DNA of 64,000 nt from Verrucomicrobiia bacterium. GTDB taxonomy: Bacteria; Verrucomicrobiota; Verrucomicrobiia; Palsa-1439. The notes beneath the pieces are model-generated. The model had not been told where the DNA came from, did no database searches, and saw only the letters and a program-made list of their open reading frames with translations. Positions 10,165 to 19,761 of the stretch are shown here, piece by piece (position 1 is the stretch's first letter; every line of letters begins with the position of its first letter). The translations under genes were made by a program, and so were the position numbers. The stretch spans positions 390 to 64,389 of the forward strand of contig JBKQMH010000106.1 of NCBI GenBank assembly GCA_052146795.1, in the 5' to 3' direction.

Positions 10165-11160
10165 TTGCATTTGACCAAGGTCCTGTTGAAGATTTCCCGG
10201 TGGTTTTTGACAGCGATCATGCATTTCCCACTCAATCTTTTTATGCAATTTCTCGCTGTAGCGGCGACAACCGCGGGCATGGACAATCTTTCGGAACCCG
10301 AACTCATTGCCCGCTACCCGGCCATGGCCGCCACGACCATCCTCCTGCTTTCGGCCGGGTTGATTTGCGATCTCTACCTGCTCTTCCGATTTGCGCGGCC
10401 AGCGCTGTCCAGCAATCCGCCCACCGGCAGCGTCCCGGCGCTGAAGATCGATCCAAAACCATGGAACATGCGCGATTTGCTGGCGGCCGCCAGCACACTC
10501 ATTCTCGTGCTCGTGGCCGGCGAGCTGGTGGTCACACTCACCTTCTACCTGGTCCATCGAAATCAAGATGACGCCCTGCCCTGGCTTATGGCCACCGACA
10601 TGACATTGCGGGTCGCCATTCTCTTCGCCTTCGTGGCCTGCTTCCAGCAGCGCGGCATCGACTGGCGTCGGGCGATCGGCCTTCGCGGCATCTCGCCGGC
10701 GAAATCCATCGGCTTAGGCGCGATGTGCTTTCTCGCCATCCTTCCTCCGCTGGCGATAGCGTTCGCCGCGTATTCGCAGTTTTGCCGGCTCGTCGGGATC
10801 AAGGAGCAGGCGCAGCCCATCGCCGACCTCCTGGCCAGTTCTGACTCCATGGTCGTCGTGGTCCTGATTGCGGCCTTTGCCATCACCGTCGCGCCCGTTT
10901 TCGAAGAGTTCGTCTTTCGAGGCTTTGCGTATCCCGTGCTCAAGCAGCGGTGGGGCACGTGGCGGGCGTTGTTGGTTGTGTCGGCAGTGTTCGCCGCGAT
11001 CCATTTTCACCTGCCGTCCCTGGGGCCGCTGTTCGCCCTCGCGCTGGGGCTCGGGCTCGTGTACGAATTAAGCGGCTCATTGCTGGCCCCCATCACGATG
11101 CACGTGTTGTTCAACGCCGCCAACGTCGCCATGGTCCTGTACGTGCGCGCTCACCCATGA
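10165..11160 (+). CDS. CPBP (CAAX/Abi) intramembrane metalloprotease; start uncertain
   Basis: APVFEEFVFRGF, FAAIHF, HVLFN motifs; multiple TM segments. Confidence 0.85.
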   Translation: MHLTKVLLKISRWFLTAIMHFPLNLFMQFLAVAATTAGMDNLSEPELIARYPAMAATTILLLSAGLICDLYLLFRFARPALSSNPPTGSVPALKIDPKPWNMRDLLAAASTLILVLVAGELVVTLTFYLVHRNQDDALPWLMATDMTLRVAILFAFVACFQQRGIDWRRAIGLRGISPAKSIGLGAMCFLAILPPLAIAFAAYSQFCRLVGIKEQAQPIADLLASSDSMVVVVLIAAFAITVAPVFEEFVFRGFAYPVLKQRWGTWRALLVVSAVFAAIHFHLPSLGPLFALALGLGLVYELSGSLLAPITMHVLFNAANVAMVLYVRAHP

Positions 11161-12116
11161 AACGCCTGCGCAAAAAGCACCGTACGGTCCGCGACCTCGG
11201 CGAGTTCGGCCTGATCCGCGAACTGCGCGGCATTGTCGGTTCCGCCGGGAATTCGGTCGTTTTGGGGATCGGCGATGACTGCGCGGTCTTGCGCGGCGAT
11301 AATCCCCGCAACTACCTGCTCTACACCTGCGATCCTGTCGTCGAGGGCATCCATTATCGACCGACCGACCCGCCGCGCAAGGTTGGCTGGAAAACCATGG
11401 CCCGTAACCTGAGCGATATCGCTGCCATGGGCGGTGTGCCGCGTTGGGCGGTCGTCAGCATCGGGCTGCGACACGGTACCGACGCGCGTTGGGTGAAACA
11501 ACTCTATGCCGGCCTCCAAGCCGCCGCGACGGCGTTCGGCTGTCAGATCGTCGGCGGCGACACGACCCACGTCCGACACGAACAGTTCGTCGTGGTCGCG
11601 TTGGTCGGTGAGGTCGAGAGAACGCGCCTCACGTTGCGCAGCGGCGCGAAGGTTGGGGATTCGATCCTGGTGACGGGCACGCTCGGCGGCTCCTTGCGTG
11701 GCAAACATCTCTCCTTCACCCCGCGGATTCACGAAGCGCGGTGGCTGGTCGCGCATTTTCCCGTCCATGCGATGATCGACCTCAGCGATGGTCTGTCCAG
11801 CGATCTGCATCGCCTGGCGGAGGCCAGCCCGCGCGGCATCGCCTTCGAGATTCACGCCGCCGAAATCCCCATCGCGCGCGCGGCTCGCGGCCGTCTGTCT
11901 GCCGCGCTCCACGACGGCGAGGATTTCGAGCTGCTGTTCACGCTCGATCCGCGGCATGTGACCGCCCTCCGCCAGAAATGGGCGCGCCGATTTCGCACGG
12001 AACTGACCGAGATCGGTCGCGTCGTGAAATCCAAACACAAAGTGGCGCTCATCCAGCGGGACGGCTCCCGACAACCTCTCACCGCCGCGGGTTATGATCA
12101 CTTCACAGCGCGTTGA
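11157..12116 (+). CDS. thiL: Thiamine-phosphate kinase
   Basis: LGEFGLI, GIGDDCAVL, NLSDIAAMGG, GGDTT, IDLSDGLSSDL, GEDFELLFT. Confidence 0.95.
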   Translation: MKRLRKKHRTVRDLGEFGLIRELRGIVGSAGNSVVLGIGDDCAVLRGDNPRNYLLYTCDPVVEGIHYRPTDPPRKVGWKTMARNLSDIAAMGGVPRWAVVSIGLRHGTDARWVKQLYAGLQAAATAFGCQIVGGDTTHVRHEQFVVVALVGEVERTRLTLRSGAKVGDSILVTGTLGGSLRGKHLSFTPRIHEARWLVAHFPVHAMIDLSDGLSSDLHRLAEASPRGIAFEIHAAEIPIARAARGRLSAALHDGEDFELLFTLDPRHVTALRQKWARRFRTELTEIGRVVKSKHKVALIQRDGSRQPLTAAGYDHFTAR

Positions 12117-12516
12117 CACCAATAGCCTCGAGGAAACGCTGCGGTTCGGGGAACAACTGGGCCGCGAACTCCAACGCGGCGATGTGGTCGCGCTGTTTGG
12201 CGAACTCGGGGCGGGAAAAACCGCTCTCGTCAAAGGCATCGCACGCGGGCTGGGCATCACGCAGGAGGTGACGAGCCCCACGTTTACTCTTGTGCACGAA
12301 TACACCGGCGGGCGTCTTCCGTTGTTCCATATCGATCTGTATCGCCTCGACAACCTGGAGCAGACGTTGGCCATCGGCATCGAAGAGTATTTGAATGGTC
12401 CCGGCGTGACCGCCATTGAATGGTCCGAAAAGATCGACTCTCTGCTGCCGGCGACGGCCACACGCATCCGCATCACCGCGTCGGACAACGACGTGCGCCG
12501 CATCGAGGTCGCATGA
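12094..12516 (+). CDS. tsaE: tRNA t6A biosynthesis ATPase TsaE
   Basis: GELGAGKT, VTSPTFTLVHEY, HIDLYRL, IEW. Confidence 0.95.
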   Translation: MITSQRVDTNSLEETLRFGEQLGRELQRGDVVALFGELGAGKTALVKGIARGLGITQEVTSPTFTLVHEYTGGRLPLFHIDLYRLDNLEQTLAIGIEEYLNGPGVTAIEWSEKIDSLLPATATRIRITASDNDVRRIEVA

Positions 12517-13190
12517 TCACGCTGGCCATCGACACCTCGACACCGTGCGGCGCCGTGGCGCTGTTGCGAGAGGACAAACCGCTGGCCGAGGAAGCCTTCG
12601 ACCGCTCCCAAGCCGGTCAGAATCTTTTCGACACGGCCGCCAAGCTGCTCTCGGAAAACCATCTCACAGTGTCAGACATCGGTTTGCTCGCCGTGGGATT
12701 GGGACCGGGGTCGTTCACCGGGATTCGAGCGGGCATTGCGGCAGCCAAGGGACTCGCCCTGCCGCGCAAGCTGCCGATCAAGGGCGCGGGCAGCTATGAT
12801 GCGCTGGCCTTGACCGCCCTGCCGAAGATGCCACGCGATTGCCCGCAGATGTGTGTGCTGGGCGACGCCCGCCGGGACGAAATTTATTTCGCGCTGTACG
12901 ATCGTGCGGGCCGCCGCGTGAAAGATTGCCGGATCGCCACGCTCGAATCCGTCGCCGACGAGATTCATCAACCGATTTGGTTTGTCAGTTCCGAAATCGA
13001 ACGCTACAAAAGTGACCTGGCGTCGCTCTTTGGCGGTTTCGCATCGATCGCCGAAACACCGGTGTTTCCCAGCGCCGCGGCGGTGGGCTGGCTGGCTTTT
13101 TGCCGCTTTCGAGACGATGGTAATCATGGTGACGAAAATGCCGAGCCGATTTATTTGCGCGCTCCGCAATACAGGAAAATTGGAACATGA
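12513..13190 (+). CDS. tsaB: tRNA t6A biosynthesis protein TsaB
   Basis: LAIDTST, GLGPGSFTGIRAG, DARRDEIY, EPIYLR. Confidence 0.93.
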   Translation: MITLAIDTSTPCGAVALLREDKPLAEEAFDRSQAGQNLFDTAAKLLSENHLTVSDIGLLAVGLGPGSFTGIRAGIAAAKGLALPRKLPIKGAGSYDALALTALPKMPRDCPQMCVLGDARRDEIYFALYDRAGRRVKDCRIATLESVADEIHQPIWFVSSEIERYKSDLASLFGGFASIAETPVFPSAAAVGWLAFCRFRDDGNHGDENAEPIYLRAPQYRKIGT

Positions 13191-14644
13191 CAGAACCCGG
13201 CGAAAAACCAGTTCCGCAGTGGTCGGCAGACCCCGACGACACGGAGCACATTACCGACACGGGCCAGAAGGCGTTTCAGATCAATATCGACGCCAAGAAA
13301 TACGGCACGTTTGCGGAAATCGGTGCAGGCCAGGAGGTCGCGCGGTGGTTCTTCCGGGTCGGCGGCGCGGCGGGCACGGTCGCCAAAACCATCTCTGCCT
13401 ACGACAAGACCGTCAGCGACGCCATTTACGGTGCCATCGACCGCTACGTGAGCCGCAAACGGCTCCAACAGATGCTCGATTACGAGTACAACCTGCTGAT
13501 CGAGCGGCTCGACGCCTCGCGCGGCGCGCAAACGTGTTTCTTCGCCTTCGCCAACACCGTTACCGCCCGCAGCTTCACCCGGCGCGATGATTCCAACGGC
13601 TGGCTCGGCATCAAGTTCCAGTCCGCGCCCCGCGCCGAACCGTCCCAGGTCTTGATCCATGTGCGCCTGTTGGACGAGGAAAACCTGCGCGAGCAGGAAG
13701 CCCTTGGCACCATCGGCGTCAACCTCGTCTACGGCGCGCTGGTCCACTTCGAACGGCCCCAATACCTCATCACCTCGCTGCTCGACCACTTGAGCAAGAG
13801 TCGCGTCGATGTGGACATGATCAAGTTCTCGGGCCAGGCTTTCGCCAAGGTGGACAACCGCCTGATGAGCCTGCAGTTGGTCGAGCAAGGGCTGACCGAG
13901 GCCGTGATGTTCACCACCGATGGCGAAGTCGTACAGCCTTCCGAAGTCCTCTACAAGAAGCCCGTGCTCGTCGAGCGCGGCACGTTTCGACCGGTCAACA
14001 ACCTCCACGTCGATATGCTCGAGTGTGCGCGACGCCAATTCCTGGCGGCGGTGCCGGATAACAAGGACGCGGTCGTGCTCATGGAAATCACCATGCACAA
14101 CCTGCTCCAGAGCGTCAGTATTCAGCCCGCCGATTTTCTGGCCCGCGTGGATACGATCGGCACCATTGGCAAGACCGTGCTGGTCACGAGGCACGGCGAA
14201 TTCTTTCGGGTCGTGGAGTACCTGCGCCGCTCGACGCAGAATGCCATCGGCATGGCCGTCGGCATGCCCACCGTGCAGGAACTGCTCGATCCCCGCTATT
14301 ATGCCGCGCTGCCGGGCGGCCTTCTCGAAGCGTTGGGACGACTCTTCGCCGGGCCGGTCCGGCTCTATGTCTACCCGCGCAAGGAAGCGAACGACCAACT
14401 CATTACCACCGAGAACATTCCTGTGCCCGACGACATGCGGCATCTTCTCGCCCACCTCTGGGCCAACCATCTCATCGAGGATTTGCAGGGCGTCAATTAC
14501 GGCAATCTCGATATCAGGTACGTCGACTTGCTGAAGAAGATTCGCACCGGCGATTCGACGTGGGAAACCATGGTCCCGGCCGCCGTCCGCGATATCATCA
14601 AATCCCGCCACTACTTCGGCTTCGGCGGCGGGAATGAGGAGTGA
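13187..14644 (+). CDS. Conserved protein with a C-terminal NadD-like nucleotidyltransferase domain and a possible CinA/PncC-like N-domain
   Basis: GTFRPVNNLH resembles the NadD GTFDPxHxGH motif; C-terminal KIRTGDSTWETMVPAAVRDIIKSRHYFG resembles the NadD tail. Confidence 0.55.
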   Translation: MTEPGEKPVPQWSADPDDTEHITDTGQKAFQINIDAKKYGTFAEIGAGQEVARWFFRVGGAAGTVAKTISAYDKTVSDAIYGAIDRYVSRKRLQQMLDYEYNLLIERLDASRGAQTCFFAFANTVTARSFTRRDDSNGWLGIKFQSAPRAEPSQVLIHVRLLDEENLREQEALGTIGVNLVYGALVHFERPQYLITSLLDHLSKSRVDVDMIKFSGQAFAKVDNRLMSLQLVEQGLTEAVMFTTDGEVVQPSEVLYKKPVLVERGTFRPVNNLHVDMLECARRQFLAAVPDNKDAVVLMEITMHNLLQSVSIQPADFLARVDTIGTIGKTVLVTRHGEFFRVVEYLRRSTQNAIGMAVGMPTVQELLDPRYYAALPGGLLEALGRLFAGPVRLYVYPRKEANDQLITTENIPVPDDMRHLLAHLWANHLIEDLQGVNYGNLDIRYVDLLKKIRTGDSTWETMVPAAVRDIIKSRHYFGFGGGNEE

Positions 14645-14678
14645 GGTCCGTCGAACGGATTTCCTGTGACTACTCCGC

Positions 14679-15086
14679 TCAGAGCACGACCTGAAAACCA
14701 ATCTGCTTGAAATGGCGGTCGGTGGTCAATGCTTGTTTCAGTTTGAGTTGCTGCATGACCACGAAGCTGGTGCAGTCCGTATAGGAAAAGTCCTTGTCCG
14801 CGTACCGAAAGAACAAGGCGCGCGCATTCCCCGCGCGTTCGGGCGTGATCGGTTCCCATTGCAATCGCGCGCTGCCCTCGATCTGCTTCCACCACGCTTC
14901 CGCCGCCGGTAATCCGAGCCGGAACCGAATCAGGGTCAGCGTCTCGTCGATGACGTAGTCAGTCGTCACCAACACGCCCTTCCCCTCCAGCCAACGGTCG
15001 CGCGCGGTTGTCGCTCGGGTGTGCGCCGGGTCCGCTGCATCGGCGCAGGCCATCCAGCCCGCCGTATCGACGAACAGGCCTTTCAT
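14679..15086 (-). CDS. vapC: PIN-domain (VapC) toxin
   Basis: FVDTAGW, TTDYVIDET, FSYTDCTSF, ALTTDRHF acidic PIN motifs. Confidence 0.9.
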   Translation of the reverse strand: MKGLFVDTAGWMACADAADPAHTRATTARDRWLEGKGVLVTTDYVIDETLTLIRFRLGLPAAEAWWKQIEGSARLQWEPITPERAGNARALFFRYADKDFSYTDCTSFVVMQQLKLKQALTTDRHFKQIGFQVVL

Positions 15087-15337
15087 TTGCCGTAGAGCAC
15101 GGCATCGTGCTCGCGAGAACTCAACCCATCCCGCGATTTGCCCAGGGCCGGCGCGCGGTAGAGGGAATCGTTCTCCAGCTTGTCCTGCGGAACCGACGCC
15201 GCATCCACAGGAACGATCTCAAACGCCGGCCGGCTCCGATACAACACGGTGAACCGGGCTCCCTTTTTCACGCGTCCCACCACCTCCGGCAACCGCCGCC
15301 GCAACTCTTTCGTATTGATCAATGTGCTCATCGTCAA
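15083..15337 (-). CDS. Phd/YefM-family antitoxin
   Basis: INTKELRRRLPEVVGRVKKGARFTVLYRSRPAFEIVP; 4-nt overlap with the PIN gene. Confidence 0.8.
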   Translation of the reverse strand: MTMSTLINTKELRRRLPEVVGRVKKGARFTVLYRSRPAFEIVPVDAASVPQDKLENDSLYRAPALGKSRDGLSSREHDAVLYGK

Positions 15338-15399
15338 TCTATCAGGTTCATCTTAAGATGAACCAGACTGCCTCGCTTGTCAAGTGTATAGGGGAAGGA

Positions 15400-17112
15400 C
15401 TACCCCTTCATGCCGGTGAGGGTGACGCCCTGGATGAAGTATTTCTGGGCGAAGAAGAAGATGATGATGACGGGGGTGGTCATGAGCAGCGAGCCGGCCA
15501 TCATCATGCCCATCGAACCGCGGGCGGAAACCTGGAACGCGTAGAGGCCGAGCGCGAGCGGATAGAGGCGCTGGTCCTGGAGGTAGATCAGCGGGCCCAT
15601 GAATTCGTTCCAAGTGCCCGTGAACGTGAAGATGGCGATGGCGGCCAGCGTGGGCTTGATCAACGGCAGCATGATGTGCCAGTACACCCGCCAGAAACCG
15701 CAGCCGTCGATTTTCGCGGCGTCCTCGAGATCGCGCGGGATGCCCTTGAGGAACTGGCGCAGCAGAAACACGTTGAATGCGCTCGCGAAAAAGCTGCCGA
15801 CCCACAGCGGGTAGAGCGTGTTGTACCAGCCCAGCGAACGCATGATGAGGAAGTACGGGATCATCGTCACCTGCCCCGGCACCATCATCGTCGCCAGCAT
15901 CAGCGCAAAACAGAAGTTGCGGCCCGGCCATTGCAGCCGCGCGAAGCTGTAGGCCACGAGCGAGCAACTCAGCAGCGTGCCGACCAAATTGAGCGTGACG
16001 AGGAACAGACTGGTGGCCACGTACCGCCAGAACGGCATGTTGTCGAACGACATGCGATAGTTGCGGCGCGCTTTCGCCCACCAAGCACCGAGCGCCGACC
16101 GGCGCGTCAACTCCAGCTCGACCTTGATCTTGTGCGGGTCGCTCTCGTACTGCGGCCCGCGCCCGACTTCGTCCAGCAGGATCCATGTCCGGACTTTGTT
16201 CGTCCTGTCGTCGGGTCCCCTTTCCTGCCACGTCCCGATGCCCCAGAGGAAATCGGCCAGGTCGTACGTATACATGGCCTTGTACCGCACGCCGAGTTTC
16301 TCGATGTACATCGTCAGACCGTGCCAGGAATCGTCATTGCGCAAATACAGCTGCAGTCGATAGAGATCTTCAATGGGAAAACTCGTCGTGAATGTCTGGC
16401 TCAACGTTAGCGTGTCGCCCGTCGAGAAATCGTAGTCCACATCCGCGTACGGCTCGCCCTCATCGCCGGTATTGACCTCCACGAGCTTCGTGGTCGCGGT
16501 CCCGCCGACCTGCCACGCAGCGGCGGCGTTCGTGCCGGAGACGAGTTGGTCCTCAACAATCGGCCCGAGTCGGCCGTAGGACCGCGCCCGGAGCTGGCCG
16601 AGCGACAAGTGACGGCGTATCTGCTGCCCGAGGATCTCGCGCACCATGACGGCGTCCACGCGTTTCGTCGCCTCGGCTTTCAAGGCTTCGACCGGGCCAT
16701 CCCAAACCGACGACGGCATCGTGTCGAGGAGCTTGTGGTAACAACCGCGCGCGGTTTGCTTGATCGCGACGTTTCGGTCAACGTCATCCGGCCAGATGCT
16801 CGGATCCAAGTTTTGCAAATCCGCTTCGATCGTGGCCAATAGCTCGTCCATGTGTTTGCCCGTCACGTCGTCGTAAAACCGCTGGTCGATGTACGGCGAT
16901 TTGACCTGCGGGATCGGGCGATGCGGCCAGAGATGGATTTTTTCGCCGAACATTTCGCGGTCGATCTTGATCGACGTGGTCGCCATCCACAGGAACGGCC
17001 ACGAGAAAATGATCGCGCCGACGATCAGCAGCGCGTAGATCCACGAGGCGCGGCTGAACTCCACGAGCCTGTAATACGCGTCACTGCGTTGGGTGGGAGG
17101 TGGTTCGCTCAT
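15400..17112 (-). CDS. Carbohydrate ABC transporter permease (MalG-like) with a large extracytoplasmic insertion
   Basis: PFLWMATTSIK, EAA loop DLEDAAKIDGCGFWR, FFFAQKYFIQGVTLTGMKG; about 300 aa inserted after TM1. Confidence 0.88.
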   Translation of the reverse strand: MSEPPPTQRSDAYYRLVEFSRASWIYALLIVGAIIFSWPFLWMATTSIKIDREMFGEKIHLWPHRPIPQVKSPYIDQRFYDDVTGKHMDELLATIEADLQNLDPSIWPDDVDRNVAIKQTARGCYHKLLDTMPSSVWDGPVEALKAEATKRVDAVMVREILGQQIRRHLSLGQLRARSYGRLGPIVEDQLVSGTNAAAAWQVGGTATTKLVEVNTGDEGEPYADVDYDFSTGDTLTLSQTFTTSFPIEDLYRLQLYLRNDDSWHGLTMYIEKLGVRYKAMYTYDLADFLWGIGTWQERGPDDRTNKVRTWILLDEVGRGPQYESDPHKIKVELELTRRSALGAWWAKARRNYRMSFDNMPFWRYVATSLFLVTLNLVGTLLSCSLVAYSFARLQWPGRNFCFALMLATMMVPGQVTMIPYFLIMRSLGWYNTLYPLWVGSFFASAFNVFLLRQFLKGIPRDLEDAAKIDGCGFWRVYWHIMLPLIKPTLAAIAIFTFTGTWNEFMGPLIYLQDQRLYPLALGLYAFQVSARGSMGMMMAGSLLMTTPVIIIFFFAQKYFIQGVTLTGMKG

Positions 17113-19649
17113 CCTTCCTCGTAAAACACCCAGCGCTTCTGCAGGTTCAATTGCACCACGGTCAGTCCGAACACGATGATAAACAGCACCCACGCCATCG
17201 CGGCGGCGTACCCCATCTGCAAGTAGCGAAACGCGCTATTGAACAGTTGATACGCGTAAAACAGGGTCGAGTTGACCGGGCCGCCCTGGGTCATAATGTA
17301 CGCGGGCGTGAAAATCTGAAAGACGCCGATGAATCCAATAATCAGGTTGAAGAAGATGTACGGCGACAACAGCGGGATCGTGATGTGGCGAAACTGTTGC
17401 CAGGTGCCCGCGCCGTCCAGGGATGCGGCTTCGTAGTAGGACTCGCTGATGCCTTTCAGTCCCGCGAGCCAGATAATCATGCCGCCGCCCGCGCCCCACA
17501 ACCCCATGAGAATCAGCGAGAGTTTGCTCGTGTGCTCGTCCTGCAACCAGTTCGGGCCGTGGATGCCGACGGACGCGAGTGCGTCGTTGAGCAGGCCGCT
17601 GCTCGGGTTGAAAATCCAGATCCACAGGATGCTGGAGGCCACGGCGGGCACGATGGACGGAAGATAAAAGAACGTCCGCCACACGGCAATGCCGCGGACT
17701 TTGAGGTTGAGCAGGAGCGCGATCCCGAGGCTCAAGGCCAGGCCCACCGGAATCCCGAGAACCATGTAGATGGTGTTCCACATCGATTTCCAGAACAGTT
17801 GGTCTTTGGTGAACGCCCAGAGATAGTTCTCCGCGCCCGTGAACCGCGCGGGGTTCAGGATGTCGTAGTGGCAAAAACTGATGATGATGGAAAACAGGAT
17901 GGGGCCGCCGGTGAACACGACGAACCCGATGATCCACGGGAGCGCGCATAGCCAGCCGCCTTTCCACTGCGAGCGGAAATAGCTGCTCTGCAAGCCTTCG
18001 AGGTCGCCCCCGCGGTTGGCCAGCGCTTTGCCGCCGACGACGCCCAGCGCGTTGCCCAGCCGCTGGCGCAGGTTCGCGTTTGTGTCCCAGTGATAAATTC
18101 CCACAGCGGCCGCGACAATCAGCACGGCGTACAGGACGAAAAACCAGTTCCAATTCACCACCGCGCCGGCAGGCGGGCTGAGGATACGGTCCAGATCGCG
18201 TTGCACGATCATCGTGGCCTCATCGAGCGCCTGCTGCGGCGACATCTTGTGGAAAATGGCTTTGTCGGTGGCAGTGAGCTGTTGGTTCCACATCAACTGT
18301 CCGACGGGCGTCACGGGCCGATACGGCTGGCCTTCGAGCAGGTCATTGAACACCTTCACAGCCGCGCCGATTCTCGGGTCCATCTGCGGGTCGTTAATGA
18401 CATACTTCTCGAAGAGGACTTGGTTAATCTTCTTGTTGGCGTTTTGCGTTGGAACAAAGATGCGGCCTTGCGAGGCGAGGTTGAGGCGGGTGGTGTCGGC
18501 GATGATTTCATTGGCGCGCTGGCTGGACAAGTACCGCAACAACTCCCACGCCGCCTCCTTGTGCCTGGCCGTGGACGGGATCGCATAACACCAGCCGCTG
18601 ACCCACGTGCACGTGTGGCTGCCGCTTTCGATCTGCCACTGCGGAATCGGCGGGCGGGCGATGCCCCAGTTTACGCTGCGGCCAAATTGCGCGATGGTAT
18701 CGGTGATCTGCCAGAAACCATCAATCTTCATCGCGAGCTTCCCGGTGATGAATGGATCAAGGTCGCCGGACTGTACCGTGGACTCGAACGCTTTGACGGC
18801 GGTCGCGCCGCCCATCGAATCGTACACCTTCGTCAGCCAGTCGAGGGCATCGACGATGCGCGGGTCGTTGAGCGTGCAGCGTTTGCCGTCGGCGCTCATG
18901 AAATGGCCGCCGTTCATCCACCCGTAGAGGTACAGCCAGGCGTTGCCCTGCGAGCCGTTCGACGCGCCCGGGGCGAACCCGAGGCGTTTGATGGCGCCGG
19001 AGGAATCGCGTTCGGTCAGCTTGACGGCCATGTCCTCCAGTTCGTCCCATGTCTTCGGCGGACGCGCCTCGCCTTTTTCGTCGACGAATCCGGCGCGTTT
19101 GAGGAGGTCTTTGTTGTAGAACAGGACGCGGTTATCCACTTTTTCAGGAACGCCGTACACGCCCTTCTTGCCGGTGACGGGATTGCGAAAGACGACCTCG
19201 TCCCAGCACGAGTCGAAATAATTCTCCGGCACGATCGCGTCGGGTCGACCGCTGGCGCGGTCCTTCTCAATGAGCGGCGTGATGTCCGCAAAAGCGCCAC
19301 GGGCGGCCCACTCCGTCACGGCGTAACGGTCGAATCGAATCACGTCGGGCGGCATTCCGCCGGCCACGCCCACGAGGAACCGTGTCGGGTCCGATATCGC
19401 GTCGCGGGATGCTTCCTGGCCGCTGATGACGTGGTAGATCGGCTTGGAGGGATCTTGTTCGTGGGCTTGACGGCTTTGGTCTTCGAAGTCGCGGATGGCG
19501 TCGCCTTGGGGGCCGGATACCGGGCCAAGGCCCATGATGCTGACTTCTACCACGCCCGCTTTGGGCGCTTGCTCCGAGCGCGACGGCGAAAGAAACCAAA
19601 GCGCGGTCAGTATCAACGCGGATAAGAGAGCCACTTTCCAGGTGCTCAT
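17109..19649 (-). CDS. Fusion of sugar solute-binding protein and MalF-like ABC permease
   Basis: SBP motifs (PPDVI, YGVP, LFYNKDLLKRAG, PKTWDEL, FITGKLAM) followed by TM domain with YYEAASLDGAGTWQQFRHITIPLLSP. Confidence 0.9.
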   Translation of the reverse strand: MSTWKVALLSALILTALWFLSPSRSEQAPKAGVVEVSIMGLGPVSGPQGDAIRDFEDQSRQAHEQDPSKPIYHVISGQEASRDAISDPTRFLVGVAGGMPPDVIRFDRYAVTEWAARGAFADITPLIEKDRASGRPDAIVPENYFDSCWDEVVFRNPVTGKKGVYGVPEKVDNRVLFYNKDLLKRAGFVDEKGEARPPKTWDELEDMAVKLTERDSSGAIKRLGFAPGASNGSQGNAWLYLYGWMNGGHFMSADGKRCTLNDPRIVDALDWLTKVYDSMGGATAVKAFESTVQSGDLDPFITGKLAMKIDGFWQITDTIAQFGRSVNWGIARPPIPQWQIESGSHTCTWVSGWCYAIPSTARHKEAAWELLRYLSSQRANEIIADTTRLNLASQGRIFVPTQNANKKINQVLFEKYVINDPQMDPRIGAAVKVFNDLLEGQPYRPVTPVGQLMWNQQLTATDKAIFHKMSPQQALDEATMIVQRDLDRILSPPAGAVVNWNWFFVLYAVLIVAAAVGIYHWDTNANLRQRLGNALGVVGGKALANRGGDLEGLQSSYFRSQWKGGWLCALPWIIGFVVFTGGPILFSIIISFCHYDILNPARFTGAENYLWAFTKDQLFWKSMWNTIYMVLGIPVGLALSLGIALLLNLKVRGIAVWRTFFYLPSIVPAVASSILWIWIFNPSSGLLNDALASVGIHGPNWLQDEHTSKLSLILMGLWGAGGGMIIWLAGLKGISESYYEAASLDGAGTWQQFRHITIPLLSPYIFFNLIIGFIGVFQIFTPAYIMTQGGPVNSTLFYAYQLFNSAFRYLQMGYAAAMAWVLFIIVFGLTVVQLNLQKRWVFYEEG

Positions 19650-19761
19650 AGTCGGAATCGCGGGCGGATTCTCATCGAAACGTTTTCACAAGTCAAGCGG
19701 CGCAGCCAATCCTTGGACGAAAACTGGACACTTTCGGTGTTCTCCAGTAACTTCACACCAG

